From the NCBI GenBank assembly GCA_029821635.1, contig JALGSW010000001.1:8702-72701 (forward strand): a stretch of DNA of 64,000 nt, read 5' to 3'. The DNA is from Candidatus Zipacnadia bacterium. GTDB taxonomy: Bacteria > Armatimonadota > Zipacnadia > Zipacnadales > UBA5352. This document shows, one piece after another, positions 1 through 8,249 of this stretch. Numbering within the stretch: the stretch's first letter is position 1; each line of letters starts with the position of its first letter. Under the pieces are notes generated by a model. It did not search any database, was not told the DNA's origin, and saw nothing but the letters and a program-made list of their open reading frames with translations. The position numbers and the translations under genes are program-made.

Positions 1-848
1 ACCGGGGTCAAACCCGGGATGTCGACGACCCGGCCAGAGTCCTGAGAAGGTGTGCGCCGCCCACCCACGATTCCTACATCCCTTGCACTTCCTGAGACAT
101 CCCAGAATGATAGGAAGCGAGTAGCCCAAAGGCTCTCTGGCCGATCTCCCTGTTGACGCATCACCAACATGAACCAGCCATCTTCATGCGGGTGCCAACA
201 GATTGGTGCGGGGATCATCGCACTGTGCTGGACACGGTAGCCGTCCGGCAACGGAGCACGGGTGGAGCTTTGCAGACCGGGGACTTGGAGTAGACGTAGC
301 GACGCCCCGCCCTGACGGAACGCATCGACCTCGGACAGGGGTGAGAATGCCACAACTCGCGTCCCATCTCTGTCCCCTAGCAGCCCCATGAACATCTCAT
401 CGATTGTGCTCACCACTGTGCCACTCGTGGGCTGCCAGAGCATCGTCTTACCGTGCAGCAGGGCGTCTACAGTATCGCTGAAGTCCGCCAACCGCCCCAT
501 ATCGCCCAACACCAGCGAGTTGCCGCACCACGTGAAGTCCCATACACCGTGGCCAGGCGAGCTTGGACCGTCGAGGCAGACCGTCAGATTGCCGGATGGG
601 GACATGCCCCATACGTTGAAATGCTGCTCACCTCCGGGCCGCCCCATTGCCGCGACCCATTGCCGGTTCTGACTGAGCCTGAAGAACATGTCCCCGCCGG
701 TGGCTCGGTAGTCGGGCCAGACAGTGAAGCCCGCGACCTGCGGGCGAAGTGCCTCCAAGTCCTGCGCGATGGCAGTCCCGGCGAGCGCGACGAGAAGCAG
801 AGCGGCGGTGAGGCTGAGGATGCTGCGGAGATTGCGCTGCGTGGACAT
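1..848 (-). CDS. hypothetical secreted protein (3' end runs off the window start)
   Basis: Absent from the ORF track because it has no stop inside the window. I checked the minus frame with ATG at 848-846 triplet by triplet and found no in-frame stop down to nt 3. There is an in-frame upstream stop at 861-863 and a GAGGGGG Shine-Dalgarno 7 nt upstream. The N-terminus MSTQRNLRSILSLTAALLLVALAGTAIAQD looks like a Sec signal peptide. No family recognised. The region is visibly less GC-rich than the rest. Confidence 0.5.
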   Translation of the reverse strand, partial: MSTQRNLRSILSLTAALLLVALAGTAIAQDLEALRPQVAGFTVWPDYRATGGDMFFRLSQNRQWVAAMGRPGGEQHFNVWGMSPSGNLTVCLDGPSSPGHGVWDFTWCGNSLVLGDMGRLADFSDTVDALLHGKTMLWQPTSGTVVSTIDEMFMGLLGDRDGTRVVAFSPLSEVDAFRQGGASLRLLQVPGLQSSTRAPLPDGYRVQHSAMIPAPICWHPHEDGWFMLVMRQQGDRPESLWATRFLSFWDVSGSARDVGIVGGRRTPSQDSGRVVDIPGLTP

Positions 849-950
849 GGCATAACCCCCTCACGACACGTGTGCGGCTGTTGTTGCGCTGCTACTTCCA
901 TGCCGCTACTGAGGAACCTTCTTGTGGTGCAGGATGCGGATCGTCCGCAG

Positions 951-984
951 AACCGAAAGCGCGCCGCGATTGCTCGCGGCGCGC
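951..984 (-). terminator. rho-independent terminator candidate downstream of the 1010..2416 gene
   Basis: Perfect 11-bp stem GCGCGCCGCGA (959-969) / TCGCGGCGCGC (974-984) with a 4-nt loop. On the minus strand the stem is followed by TTTCGGTT (complement of 951-958). Confidence 0.6.
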
Positions 985-1009
985 CGGTTGGTCAGGTCGT
1001 CGCTTCTGC

Positions 1010-2416
1010 TCAGAAGACCGGGCCGGTGTAGATTGGGCCGCTAACAGAATAGCCCGACGAGGCGACTCCACGGCGGGCCGAGCCCGTGGCGCGGTCTACG
1101 CCCGCCTGCACGGCCGCACGCGACGCCTCGCCCTCGTACGTGGCATCCGGGGGTGGCGGCTGGGTCGCTCCGCGCGCGCCCTCACGGCCGCCCGCGCCGA
1201 TCAGGACCGCTTCGGCGCGATCGAGACCGGACAGCTCGCCCAGCGGGACGCTGAAGCTGAAGCTGTAGTACCAACCCTTCTTGCCGGGGAGGTTGAGGTT
1301 GCCGCCCTCGAAGCTCTTGTCCTGCGGCGCGATGATCATCTCATTCATCGGCGCGTAGTTGAGCTCGTCGGGGTAGAGGAGCTTGGCGCAGATCCCGCCG
1401 GTGTGCCCGGCCGACTGCGTGGCGGAGGCGATCGTATCGCCCGTCGAATCGTAGAGCGTCAGTCGCACCGAGTTCTGCCCCCAGAGGCTGTTCCACTCGG
1501 AGACCGCGCCGTTGTAGAGGTAGATCTCCTTCGGGTTCCAGATACCGCCCTCGTAGTCGTGGATGCGGAAGATCTGGCGGTCGGTCCCGTAGAAGTCATA
1601 CTTCTTGAGCTTGCGGTAGATGAGGCTCGGGTAGCGCTGGGCGACGTTGGGCTTGACCTTCATGATGACGCCGATCCGGACCGGGATAGTGCTCGTCCCG
1701 GGGCGGATTGCGCTGTGCTCGTACTGGGGAAAGCCGATCTCGAATGAGAAGTTGTCGAGGCCCTTCTCGTAGACATACTGCACGTCGGCGACCTCGGCCT
1801 CCTTGACGGCCAGCTCGCGCTGGATGCGCGTGGCGAGGCCGTAGCCGGGCTTGCCGGCGACGCCGCCCTCAGCGGGGCCGCCTATCTCGCGGGCGGCGTA
1901 GACGCGCTGGAGCTGCCTCCACGCGTTCTCGGTGGCCTTGCGCGGAACGCCCTGGTCGTCTTCGAGGAAGTTCTCCGGGATCATCGCTCCCGGCGTGCCG
2001 GTCTGTGCCAGGAACTCATCGTACGTCTTGACGAGCTCCTCGGGCATTTCCTGCTCGGTCCATTGGAGGCCGCCGGCTCCACCGCCGCCGGCCATGCCGG
2101 TCATTCCGGGCATCCCCGGCATACCTGGCCCTCCAGGCATGCCCTCCATGCCGGGAGGCATTTCTTCGCCGCCGGGCATCCCGCCGATGTCTGGCGGCGG
2201 CTCCATTCCCTCTTCCTGGGCGAAAATCTCTCCCAGGAAGACGAATGTGCCGAATATGGCGATAAGTGCGACGACTCTCAGTATGGTGCGTCCCTGGCGC
2301 CGTCCACGCACAGGCAACCACCTCTGCTGCGATACAGGTTCCGCCCCCCCGCACCGGCAGTGAGCGGGGAGCCGGGTGTCACCGGACAGTATATTGTCGG
2401 CCCGTCGGGAAGTCAA
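1010..2416 (-). CDS. hypothetical membrane-anchored protein with Met-Pro-Gly repeat linker
   Basis: 468-aa ORF with one hydrophobic segment (ILRVVALIAIFGTFVFLGEIF). This is followed by MEPPPDIGGMPGGEEMPPGMEGMPGGPGMPGMPGMTGMAGGGGAGG and then a roughly 340-aa non-repetitive domain of ordinary composition. The opposite-strand ORF 872..1747 has shadow-type composition. The exact start is uncertain and no family was recognised. Confidence 0.6.
   Translation of the reverse strand: MTSRRADNILSGDTRLPAHCRCGGAEPVSQQRWLPVRGRRQGRTILRVVALIAIFGTFVFLGEIFAQEEGMEPPPDIGGMPGGEEMPPGMEGMPGGPGMPGMPGMTGMAGGGGAGGLQWTEQEMPEELVKTYDEFLAQTGTPGAMIPENFLEDDQGVPRKATENAWRQLQRVYAAREIGGPAEGGVAGKPGYGLATRIQRELAVKEAEVADVQYVYEKGLDNFSFEIGFPQYEHSAIRPGTSTIPVRIGVIMKVKPNVAQRYPSLIYRKLKKYDFYGTDRQIFRIHDYEGGIWNPKEIYLYNGAVSEWNSLWGQNSVRLTLYDSTGDTIASATQSAGHTGGICAKLLYPDELNYAPMNEMIIAPQDKSFEGGNLNLPGKKGWYYSFSFSVPLGELSGLDRAEAVLIGAGGREGARGATQPPPPDATYEGEASRAAVQAGVDRATGSARRGVASSGYSVSGPIYTGPVF
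2069..2206 (-). repeat. coding Met-Pro-Gly low-complexity repeat
   Basis: Residues 71-116 of the 1010..2416 protein are almost only M, P, G and E in MPG / MEG / PGM units. The same repeat type occurs in the PilN-, PilO- and PilP-like proteins of this window. Confidence 0.8.
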
Positions 2417-2437
2417 GAGCCCTTCGCGGCGGCCGCC

Positions 2438-3991
2438 TCACTCGCTCTCGGGAGTCGCGGGCGCGTCGGGCGGAGTCGCCGGAGCGGCACCGCCGGGAGC
2501 GGGCGGACTCGTCGCAGTGCCGGGCGCGCCGGGCGTTGTGCCCGGAGGCACGTCCTCGCCCTCGAGAGGCGTCTCCTCCGGCGGCTTCGTCCCGATCCGC
2601 ACCACGTGCGTTTGGGGCGAGTACACGTCCGAGTGCAGCTTCTCATCGCGGACGACCTTGCCGTCGCGAGTGGCCTTGCGGTAGACGGTCACGCGCCAGC
2701 CGTCGCGACCCTCCTTCTCAACTTCCTCCGTGCCCTCCTCGAGCTCGGGGTCCTCGATCTCCTTGGTCGCGTGCCCGATGCGGCTGAGGCCCTCGCGCGG
2801 GAGTTCGACCTCTGCGTCGTCCTCCGCGCTGCCGAGCATCTTGAAGGTCACGTACCCGCCGCCGACCTCCGCGAGCAGCAGCACCGGGTGCTTGAGGGAG
2901 TTGCGGAACTTCAGGTCGTAGACGCCCCAGTAGACCGTTGCGTCGCGGCCGGTCGGCACGTAGTTCACCGGGCGCGAGTGATGGTGGCGCTCGACCATGT
3001 CGAGGTTCGCCAGCAGCGCGACGTTGTACAGAGTGCTGGCTATCTGACAGATGCCTCCGGCCAGTGAGGGCTCGACCTCGCCCCGGATGAAGATGGGTGC
3101 CGAGCGATAGCCGTCCTTGGCCAGCCGCTCGCCGACCATGCCGTTGAACGAGAACTCCTCACCGGGTCGCAGGACGCGCTCGTTGAGCTTGGCCGCGGCG
3201 AGGCCCAGGTTGTGCGTGCGGTCGGCCTGGTATGACTTGTACGGAGAGGCGAACTCCGCGAGCACGACCTCGATGTGCGAGAGGTCCTCGGCGGTCACGG
3301 CAGGCTCGGCGGTCTCGACGACCGCCGCCACCGTCTGCGCCGACGGCTCGGCGAGCGCCGCCTTGACGGTCTCGATCGTTCCTCCCACGTCCAGCCGCCG
3401 ACCCACGACGCCGGGGATGACGTTGACCTTGCTGCCGGCGACTTCGATGTCGGCGTCAACCGGGTCGCGGTCCACCTCCTCGGCGAGGCCGCTCATGGCG
3501 TCATCGAGCGTCTCCTCGTCGAACTGGACCGGTACCTCGACCTGCACGGTGGCGCCGCGGGAGCCCAGGCGGGCTGTCATCTGATCGAGCAAGCCGCCCT
3601 CACGGCCGACGCGCACGGCTTTCTGCGCGGCCACCTCGAGCTTGAACTGCACGCCCAGCTCCTCGCGCTGCGCCTCCCACTCGCCCTCGGGGAAGGTGAC
3701 CAGCACTGCATCGGGGAGTGACGGTAACCAGCGGTCGCGCAGGGCGGCGACGGCCTCCTCGCGGGTCATTCCACCCACGTTCAGGCCGCCGATCGCCACG
3801 TTCCGGGCGATCTCGCCGCTCTTCACCCACGAGGTCGTGGCGATGGCAAGCGTGATGGCGCCGATCACGAGGATCGTGGCCAGTGCTACGGCTGAGATGA
3901 TGGCGATGAGCTTGACGCGGCCGGAGGAGGAGGCGTCCTCCTCCACTACGGCGAGCGCGTCGGTGTTACCCAGGTCAGACTGCTCAGTCAT
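2438..3991 (-). CDS. VanW-family protein with N-terminal membrane anchor and C-terminal G5-like domain
   Basis: VanW-type core PGEEFSFNGMVGERL...GGICQIASTLYNVALLANL...VNYVPTGRDATV. C-terminal G5-like EGTEEVEKEGRDGWRVTVYRK...THVVRIGTK. TM segment LIAIISAVALATILVIGAITLAI. I chose the start at ATG 3991 (MTEQSD, AGGACGG upstream) rather than the track start 4123, which would overlap the upstream gene. Confidence 0.75.
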   Translation of the reverse strand: MTEQSDLGNTDALAVVEEDASSSGRVKLIAIISAVALATILVIGAITLAIATTSWVKSGEIARNVAIGGLNVGGMTREEAVAALRDRWLPSLPDAVLVTFPEGEWEAQREELGVQFKLEVAAQKAVRVGREGGLLDQMTARLGSRGATVQVEVPVQFDEETLDDAMSGLAEEVDRDPVDADIEVAGSKVNVIPGVVGRRLDVGGTIETVKAALAEPSAQTVAAVVETAEPAVTAEDLSHIEVVLAEFASPYKSYQADRTHNLGLAAAKLNERVLRPGEEFSFNGMVGERLAKDGYRSAPIFIRGEVEPSLAGGICQIASTLYNVALLANLDMVERHHHSRPVNYVPTGRDATVYWGVYDLKFRNSLKHPVLLLAEVGGGYVTFKMLGSAEDDAEVELPREGLSRIGHATKEIEDPELEEGTEEVEKEGRDGWRVTVYRKATRDGKVVRDEKLHSDVYSPQTHVVRIGTKPPEETPLEGEDVPPGTTPGAPGTATSPPAPGGAAPATPPDAPATPESE

Positions 3992-4023
3992 GTTCCGTCC
4001 TTCGGTACGCTCGTCCGGCACTC

Positions 4024-4617
4024 CTACTCGAACTTCGTATGCCGGTGGCGGATATGCTCCTCGGTAGTGCCACGTCGGTGCATCAGCATCAGGATCATCG
4101 CGTCGCCCTGCGCCAGCAGGCACTGCTCGAAGAGTGTGCCGGGAGGCTGGCGCGTGGGTCGCTCGGCGTTCAGGAAGACCACCGGCGCGTGCAGATGCAC
4201 GACGTGGTCGGCGGCCCCGGCCAGCGGCGAGTCAGGGTGGCCGGTGATGATGGCGGTGCGCGCCCCGCGAGCGGCCGCGGCTTCCACCAGCGCCAGCGTC
4301 ATGCGTGTGCGCCCCGAGCCGCTGCCCGCGATCAGCAGGTCGTTTTCGCCGATGGCGGGCGTCGTCGTCTCGCCCACCACGTAAGAGGCGAAGCCGATGT
4401 GCATCAGCCGCATCGCCAACGCCTGCATCATCATCATGCTGCGCCCGGCCCCGCCGACGAAGATCGCGTTGGCCGCCTCGATCATGTCCAGCAGCGTCTC
4501 GACCTGCTGCTCGTCCGTGCGGGCGAGCACGTCGCAGATCTCCCGCGCGACCAATTGTGAGTAGTCCCGTGCCGTCATAGCGTCCGCACCTGCCCCGCGT
4601 CCGTCGTCACCGGTCAT
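4024..4617 (-). CDS. SIS-domain sugar-phosphate isomerase, 6-phospho-3-hexuloisomerase-like
   Basis: IFVGGAGRSMMMMQALAMRLMHIGFASYVVGETTTPAIGENDLLIAGSGSGRT matches the SIS/PHI pattern. The start could be 4617 or the internal ATG at 4578. Confidence 0.65.
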   Translation of the reverse strand: MTGDDGRGAGADAMTARDYSQLVAREICDVLARTDEQQVETLLDMIEAANAIFVGGAGRSMMMMQALAMRLMHIGFASYVVGETTTPAIGENDLLIAGSGSGRTRMTLALVEAAAARGARTAIITGHPDSPLAGAADHVVHLHAPVVFLNAERPTRQPPGTLFEQCLLAQGDAMILMLMHRRGTTEEHIRHRHTKFE

Positions 4618-4624
4618 AGGTCCC

Positions 4625-7237
4625 TCAGCCTTCGTTGCCTTCGCCTGTGTCCCCAGGTGTGGTTACGACGACCGCCGAGCGCTCAAGGTCCAGCACGCGT
4701 TGCGCCATCTGCTGCACCTGCTCCGCCGTCACCGCTTCGATACGCTTGTCGTAGCTCTCCCAGTTCTGCGCGCCGAGCCCGTAGATCACGTCCAGCGCCA
4801 TCGTCTGCGCGACCGATGCGTTCGTCTCCAGCCCGGCGCGGTGTGCGGCGATCGCCGCTCGCTTGCCAAGCTCCAGCTCGTCCTGCGACGGCGGCTCCGC
4901 CACCAGCGATCGGATGATCGCCTCGATCCGCTCGCGCACAGTCGCGACCGTCTCCGGCGCCGTGCCGGCCTGGATGATGTACGCGCCCGGATCGAGCCCG
5001 AGCATCGGTGTCCCGTGCACGAAGTAGACGAGCTGCTCGCCGCGCAGTGTGTCGTGCAGCCGCCCGCCGGGCATCCCGGCGCCGGAGAGCACCGCGTCGA
5101 GCACGTCCAGCACGTCCGCGTCCGGGTCATTGACGGTCAGCGCGTGGAAGGCGCAGGCGACGATCGCCTGCGCCTGCGGGCGCTCGATAATCCGCTCGCG
5201 CGGCTGCTCGATCGGCTGCTCCGCGGGTGCGTCCGGCGGCTGCGGCGGCTCGGCCGTGAGCCCCTGCGTCAGGCGCTCGACCTCGGCGAACGCCGCGTCC
5301 GCGTCCACGTCACCGGCGATCACCACCGAGGTCGCGGCGGCTCGGGCGAAGGCCGCGTGGAATGCCTTGATGTCCGCGACGGTCAGGTCGCGCACCGACT
5401 CCTCTGTGCCGATCGGCGTGAAGCGGTAGGGGTGCTCGTGGAAGAGCTCCGCCAGCAGCGCCTGGATCGCCACCATCTGCACGCTGTCCTTCTGACGCGC
5501 GATGCCCGCCAGCGTGAGCTGCCGCTCGCGCTCGAGCTCGTCCGCCGGGAAGGTCGGGCGGAAGAGCGCGTCGAGCGTGAGCTCCAACGCCGCGGGCAGG
5601 TCGCCCGAGAGGAACTGCGCGTTCAGCCCGAAGCTGTTGCGGCCCGAGTACGGGGCGAGGCTGCCGCCGAGCCGGTCCACGCGCTCGGCCAGCTCCTGCC
5701 GCGTAAGGTGCTGCGTGCCGCGCACGAGCATCGACGCCATCAGCGAGGTGATGCCGACGTTCTCGGCGCTCTCGTAGCGCAGGCCGCCGAGAGTCGCGGT
5801 GCAGATGCTCACCGCCGGGATCGAGTGGTTCTCGCGCACCATGACGCGCAGGCCGTTGCCGAGCGTGCGCTCGTAGGTGCGCACCTCACCGGCGTCCGGC
5901 TCCTGTGTGCCCTCGTCCGTGCCCTCGACGGGCGGCCGAAGGATCGCGACGGTCATGCGCTCGGGCGCGAAGTACTTCTGCGCGACCTCGCTGACCTGCC
6001 GGGGCGTGACGCCGCGGATGCCCGCGACGTAGCGCTCCGTGAAGTCCACGTCGCCGGTCTGCATCAGGTTGCGCCCCAGCGTCGAGGCGCGGCCCTCCGC
6101 CGACTCCTGCCCGAACACCTCGGCCGCCTCGACCTGCTTGAGCACGCGCTCGATCTCGCGCTTGCGCGGCGCGCTCCGCTTGATCTCATCGAGCGTCGCC
6201 ACGATCTCCTGCTCGACGCGCGCGAGATTCGCCGGGTCCAGCGTGGCCCCGAATGCGAAGAAGCCCGCGTCGTAGCCGGGCGTGGCGGAGTAGCTCGACA
6301 CGTCATCGACGAGGCCCAGCTCGTCGCGCAGCCGCCGCACCAGCAGCGACGACTCGCCCGCGGTCAGGTAGCCCGAGAGCGTGTCGAGCGCGTAGAGGTC
6401 CTCATCGAAGAGGCTGATCGTCGGCCAGGCGATGCGCAGATAGGCGCGCTGAACGTTCGCGGCCTCCTCGACCCGTCGCCGGGGAGCGATTTGCTCGGGC
6501 TCCTGCGCGAGCTCCACCGCCGGACGCGGCCTGCGCGGGAGCGAGCTGTAGAGCTCGCGCAGCTGCGCCAGCACAGCCTCGCCGTCAAAGTCGCCGACCG
6601 CCGCCACCACGATGTTGCCGGGCCCGTAGAGCCGATCGTGATAGTCCACGATGTCATCTCGGGTGAGGCTGGTGAAAGCCTCCGGGTAGCCGATGATGCG
6701 GTAGCGGTCCGGGTGCGTGGTGAAGAGCGTCTGGTAGAGCAGATTCGTCACGCGGCGGATCGGGTCGTCATCCCCCATCGCCATCTCGCGCAGGATGATC
6801 CCGCGCTGGGTCTCGACGTGCTCGGCGGGGAAGGTCGGGTGCAGGACGAAGTCGGAGATGACGTCTGCCAGCCGGCCGATGTCCTCACCCGAGGTCGTCG
6901 CGTAATAGCAGGTGTGATCCTTGGTCGTGTACGCGTTGTAGGTGTTGCCGAGCGCGTCCAGCTCGGCCTCGATCTCCGCCAGCGTGCGGCTCTGGGAGCC
7001 CTCGCTGATGGTGTGTTCGAGGAAGTGCGTGATGCCGCCACCGAGGTACTGTCCCTCGTAGATCGAGCCGGCGCCGACGTACACGCGGAAAGACGCCACC
7101 GGGCGGGAGTGATCGACCTCCACCACCAGTCGGCAGCCGTTATCGAGCGTCTCCACCACCGGCTCGGCCGCTGCGATCTGCAGGCCCACCAGCAGCACGA
7201 GCGCGGAAAGCACCAGTCCCGATCGTGTCCGGCTCAT
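4625..7237 (-). CDS. M16 (pitrilysin/insulinase) family zinc peptidase, two-unit, secreted
   Basis: 870 aa with signal peptide MSRTRSGLVLSALVLLVGLQIAAAEP. Inverted zincin motif HFLEH (HxxEH) in GGITHFLEHT. A second M16-like half follows after about 450 aa. Confidence 0.85.
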   Translation of the reverse strand: MSRTRSGLVLSALVLLVGLQIAAAEPVVETLDNGCRLVVEVDHSRPVASFRVYVGAGSIYEGQYLGGGITHFLEHTISEGSQSRTLAEIEAELDALGNTYNAYTTKDHTCYYATTSGEDIGRLADVISDFVLHPTFPAEHVETQRGIILREMAMGDDDPIRRVTNLLYQTLFTTHPDRYRIIGYPEAFTSLTRDDIVDYHDRLYGPGNIVVAAVGDFDGEAVLAQLRELYSSLPRRPRPAVELAQEPEQIAPRRRVEEAANVQRAYLRIAWPTISLFDEDLYALDTLSGYLTAGESSLLVRRLRDELGLVDDVSSYSATPGYDAGFFAFGATLDPANLARVEQEIVATLDEIKRSAPRKREIERVLKQVEAAEVFGQESAEGRASTLGRNLMQTGDVDFTERYVAGIRGVTPRQVSEVAQKYFAPERMTVAILRPPVEGTDEGTQEPDAGEVRTYERTLGNGLRVMVRENHSIPAVSICTATLGGLRYESAENVGITSLMASMLVRGTQHLTRQELAERVDRLGGSLAPYSGRNSFGLNAQFLSGDLPAALELTLDALFRPTFPADELERERQLTLAGIARQKDSVQMVAIQALLAELFHEHPYRFTPIGTEESVRDLTVADIKAFHAAFARAAATSVVIAGDVDADAAFAEVERLTQGLTAEPPQPPDAPAEQPIEQPRERIIERPQAQAIVACAFHALTVNDPDADVLDVLDAVLSGAGMPGGRLHDTLRGEQLVYFVHGTPMLGLDPGAYIIQAGTAPETVATVRERIEAIIRSLVAEPPSQDELELGKRAAIAAHRAGLETNASVAQTMALDVIYGLGAQNWESYDKRIEAVTAEQVQQMAQRVLDLERSAVVVTTPGDTGEGNEG

Positions 7238-7365
7238 GGCATCTCCATCTGAACCATCAATTGCGCCCGGCCCCGGCGGAAGACCGGAGCCGCGCGCATC
7301 GCACAGAAGCGTAGCATACGCGCGGGCGCGAAGTCAACGGACTTTGCGGCCTCTCAAGGGACCAC

Positions 7366-7388
7366 TGACGGGCAGGATGCCCGTCCTA
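7366..7388. repeat. REP-like hairpin with CTAC tail (singlet)
   Basis: GACGGGCA-GGA-TGCCCGTC-CTAC. Its reverse complement, GTAG-GACGGGCA-TCC-TGCCCGTC, resembles the GTAG-GACAGGCT-TTCC-AGCCTGTC units at 54388-54456. It lies in the divergent intergenic region between the M16 peptidase gene and comF. Confidence 0.4.
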
Positions 7389-7454
7389 CAAACGACAAAC
7401 GACGGGCTCCCGCGGCGAAGGTATGCCCCCTCGCCCGTCGAACCGCCCAAGACC

Positions 7455-8249
7455 ATGCGTTCACGGGGGCTCGGCTCGCAACTGCTCGACCTGCTCTTCC
7501 CGCCACGCTGCCAGGTCTGCCGGAGTTTCTCGGCCGACCCGCTCTGTGAGACGTGCCGCGGCGAGTCGCTGTTCATCGCAGAGCGCCGCTGCCCGTGCTG
7601 CGGCACCCCTCTGCGCGACCGCGCGCCCGAGTCGCTGCCCGGCGCACTGTGCGCGGATTGCCGCGATGGCCGCTGGATCAGCGGCGCCCGCTCGGTCGGG
7701 CTGCACACGGGGGCGCTGCGCACCGCCATGATCGCCTACAAGTTCCACAGTCGCACGCGTATTGCACCGACCTTCGCGGAGATGATCGGCGACGTGGCAC
7801 GTCGCGAGGTGGGGGGGGCGCGCCCCGGTCTGCCGCTCGACCGCTGCCGCGCGCTCCTGCCCGTTCCGCTGCACCCGAAGCGCCGGGCGTGGCGCGGCTT
7901 CGACCAGGCGGAGATGCTCTGCCGGGGGCTCGCCGAGCCACTCGGGCTCCCCGTCTGGACCGACGCCCTGGCGCGGATCCGCGAGACGCAGCCGCAGACG
8001 CAGGTGCCGGGCCCGCTTCGGCGCGCCAACGTGCGCGGGGCATTCGAGGCGCGCAAGCCCTGGCGGCTCAAGGGCGCATCGCTGATCCTCGTCGATGACG
8101 TCATGACCACCGGCTCGACGCTGGAGGAGTGCGCGCGGGTGCTCAAGTATGCGGGTGCCGCGTCTGTCTACGCGCTCACCGTCACGCGCGCCGTCCCGAG
8201 CTGGCTCGTGGACGCCGACGCACATCCAGGAGGCGTCGCTGATGCTTGA
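7455..8249 (+). CDS. comF: ComF-family phosphoribosyltransferase-domain protein
   Basis: N-terminal Cys pairs (CQVC...CETC, CPCCG...CADC) and the PRTase motif LILVDDVMTTGSTL. The start is set at ATG 7455 (MRSRGLGSQLLDLLFPPRC). The 73-codon upstream extension in the track has no support. Confidence 0.8.
   Translation: MRSRGLGSQLLDLLFPPRCQVCRSFSADPLCETCRGESLFIAERRCPCCGTPLRDRAPESLPGALCADCRDGRWISGARSVGLHTGALRTAMIAYKFHSRTRIAPTFAEMIGDVARREVGGARPGLPLDRCRALLPVPLHPKRRAWRGFDQAEMLCRGLAEPLGLPVWTDALARIRETQPQTQVPGPLRRANVRGAFEARKPWRLKGASLILVDDVMTTGSTLEECARVLKYAGAASVYALTVTRAVPSWLVDADAHPGGVADA

Noticed and set aside
872-1747. 291-aa plus-strand ORF
   Set aside because: It overlaps the minus-strand 1010..2416 gene, which has a TM segment, a structured repeat linker and a normal-composition domain. 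The plus ORF is Arg/Ala-rich shadow.
4700-7252. 850-aa plus-strand ORF
   Set aside because: It is antisense to the M16 peptidase, which has the HxxEH motif and a signal peptide. It has shadow composition.
7236-7454. N-terminal extensions of track ORFs: comF from 7236, pilD from 14776, aroKB from 42554, ROK from 49029, the giant from 29189 and VanW from 4123
   Set aside because: The extensions lack homology-type motifs, overlap upstream genes or repeat arrays, and better RBS-supported internal starts align with the expected N-termini of the families.
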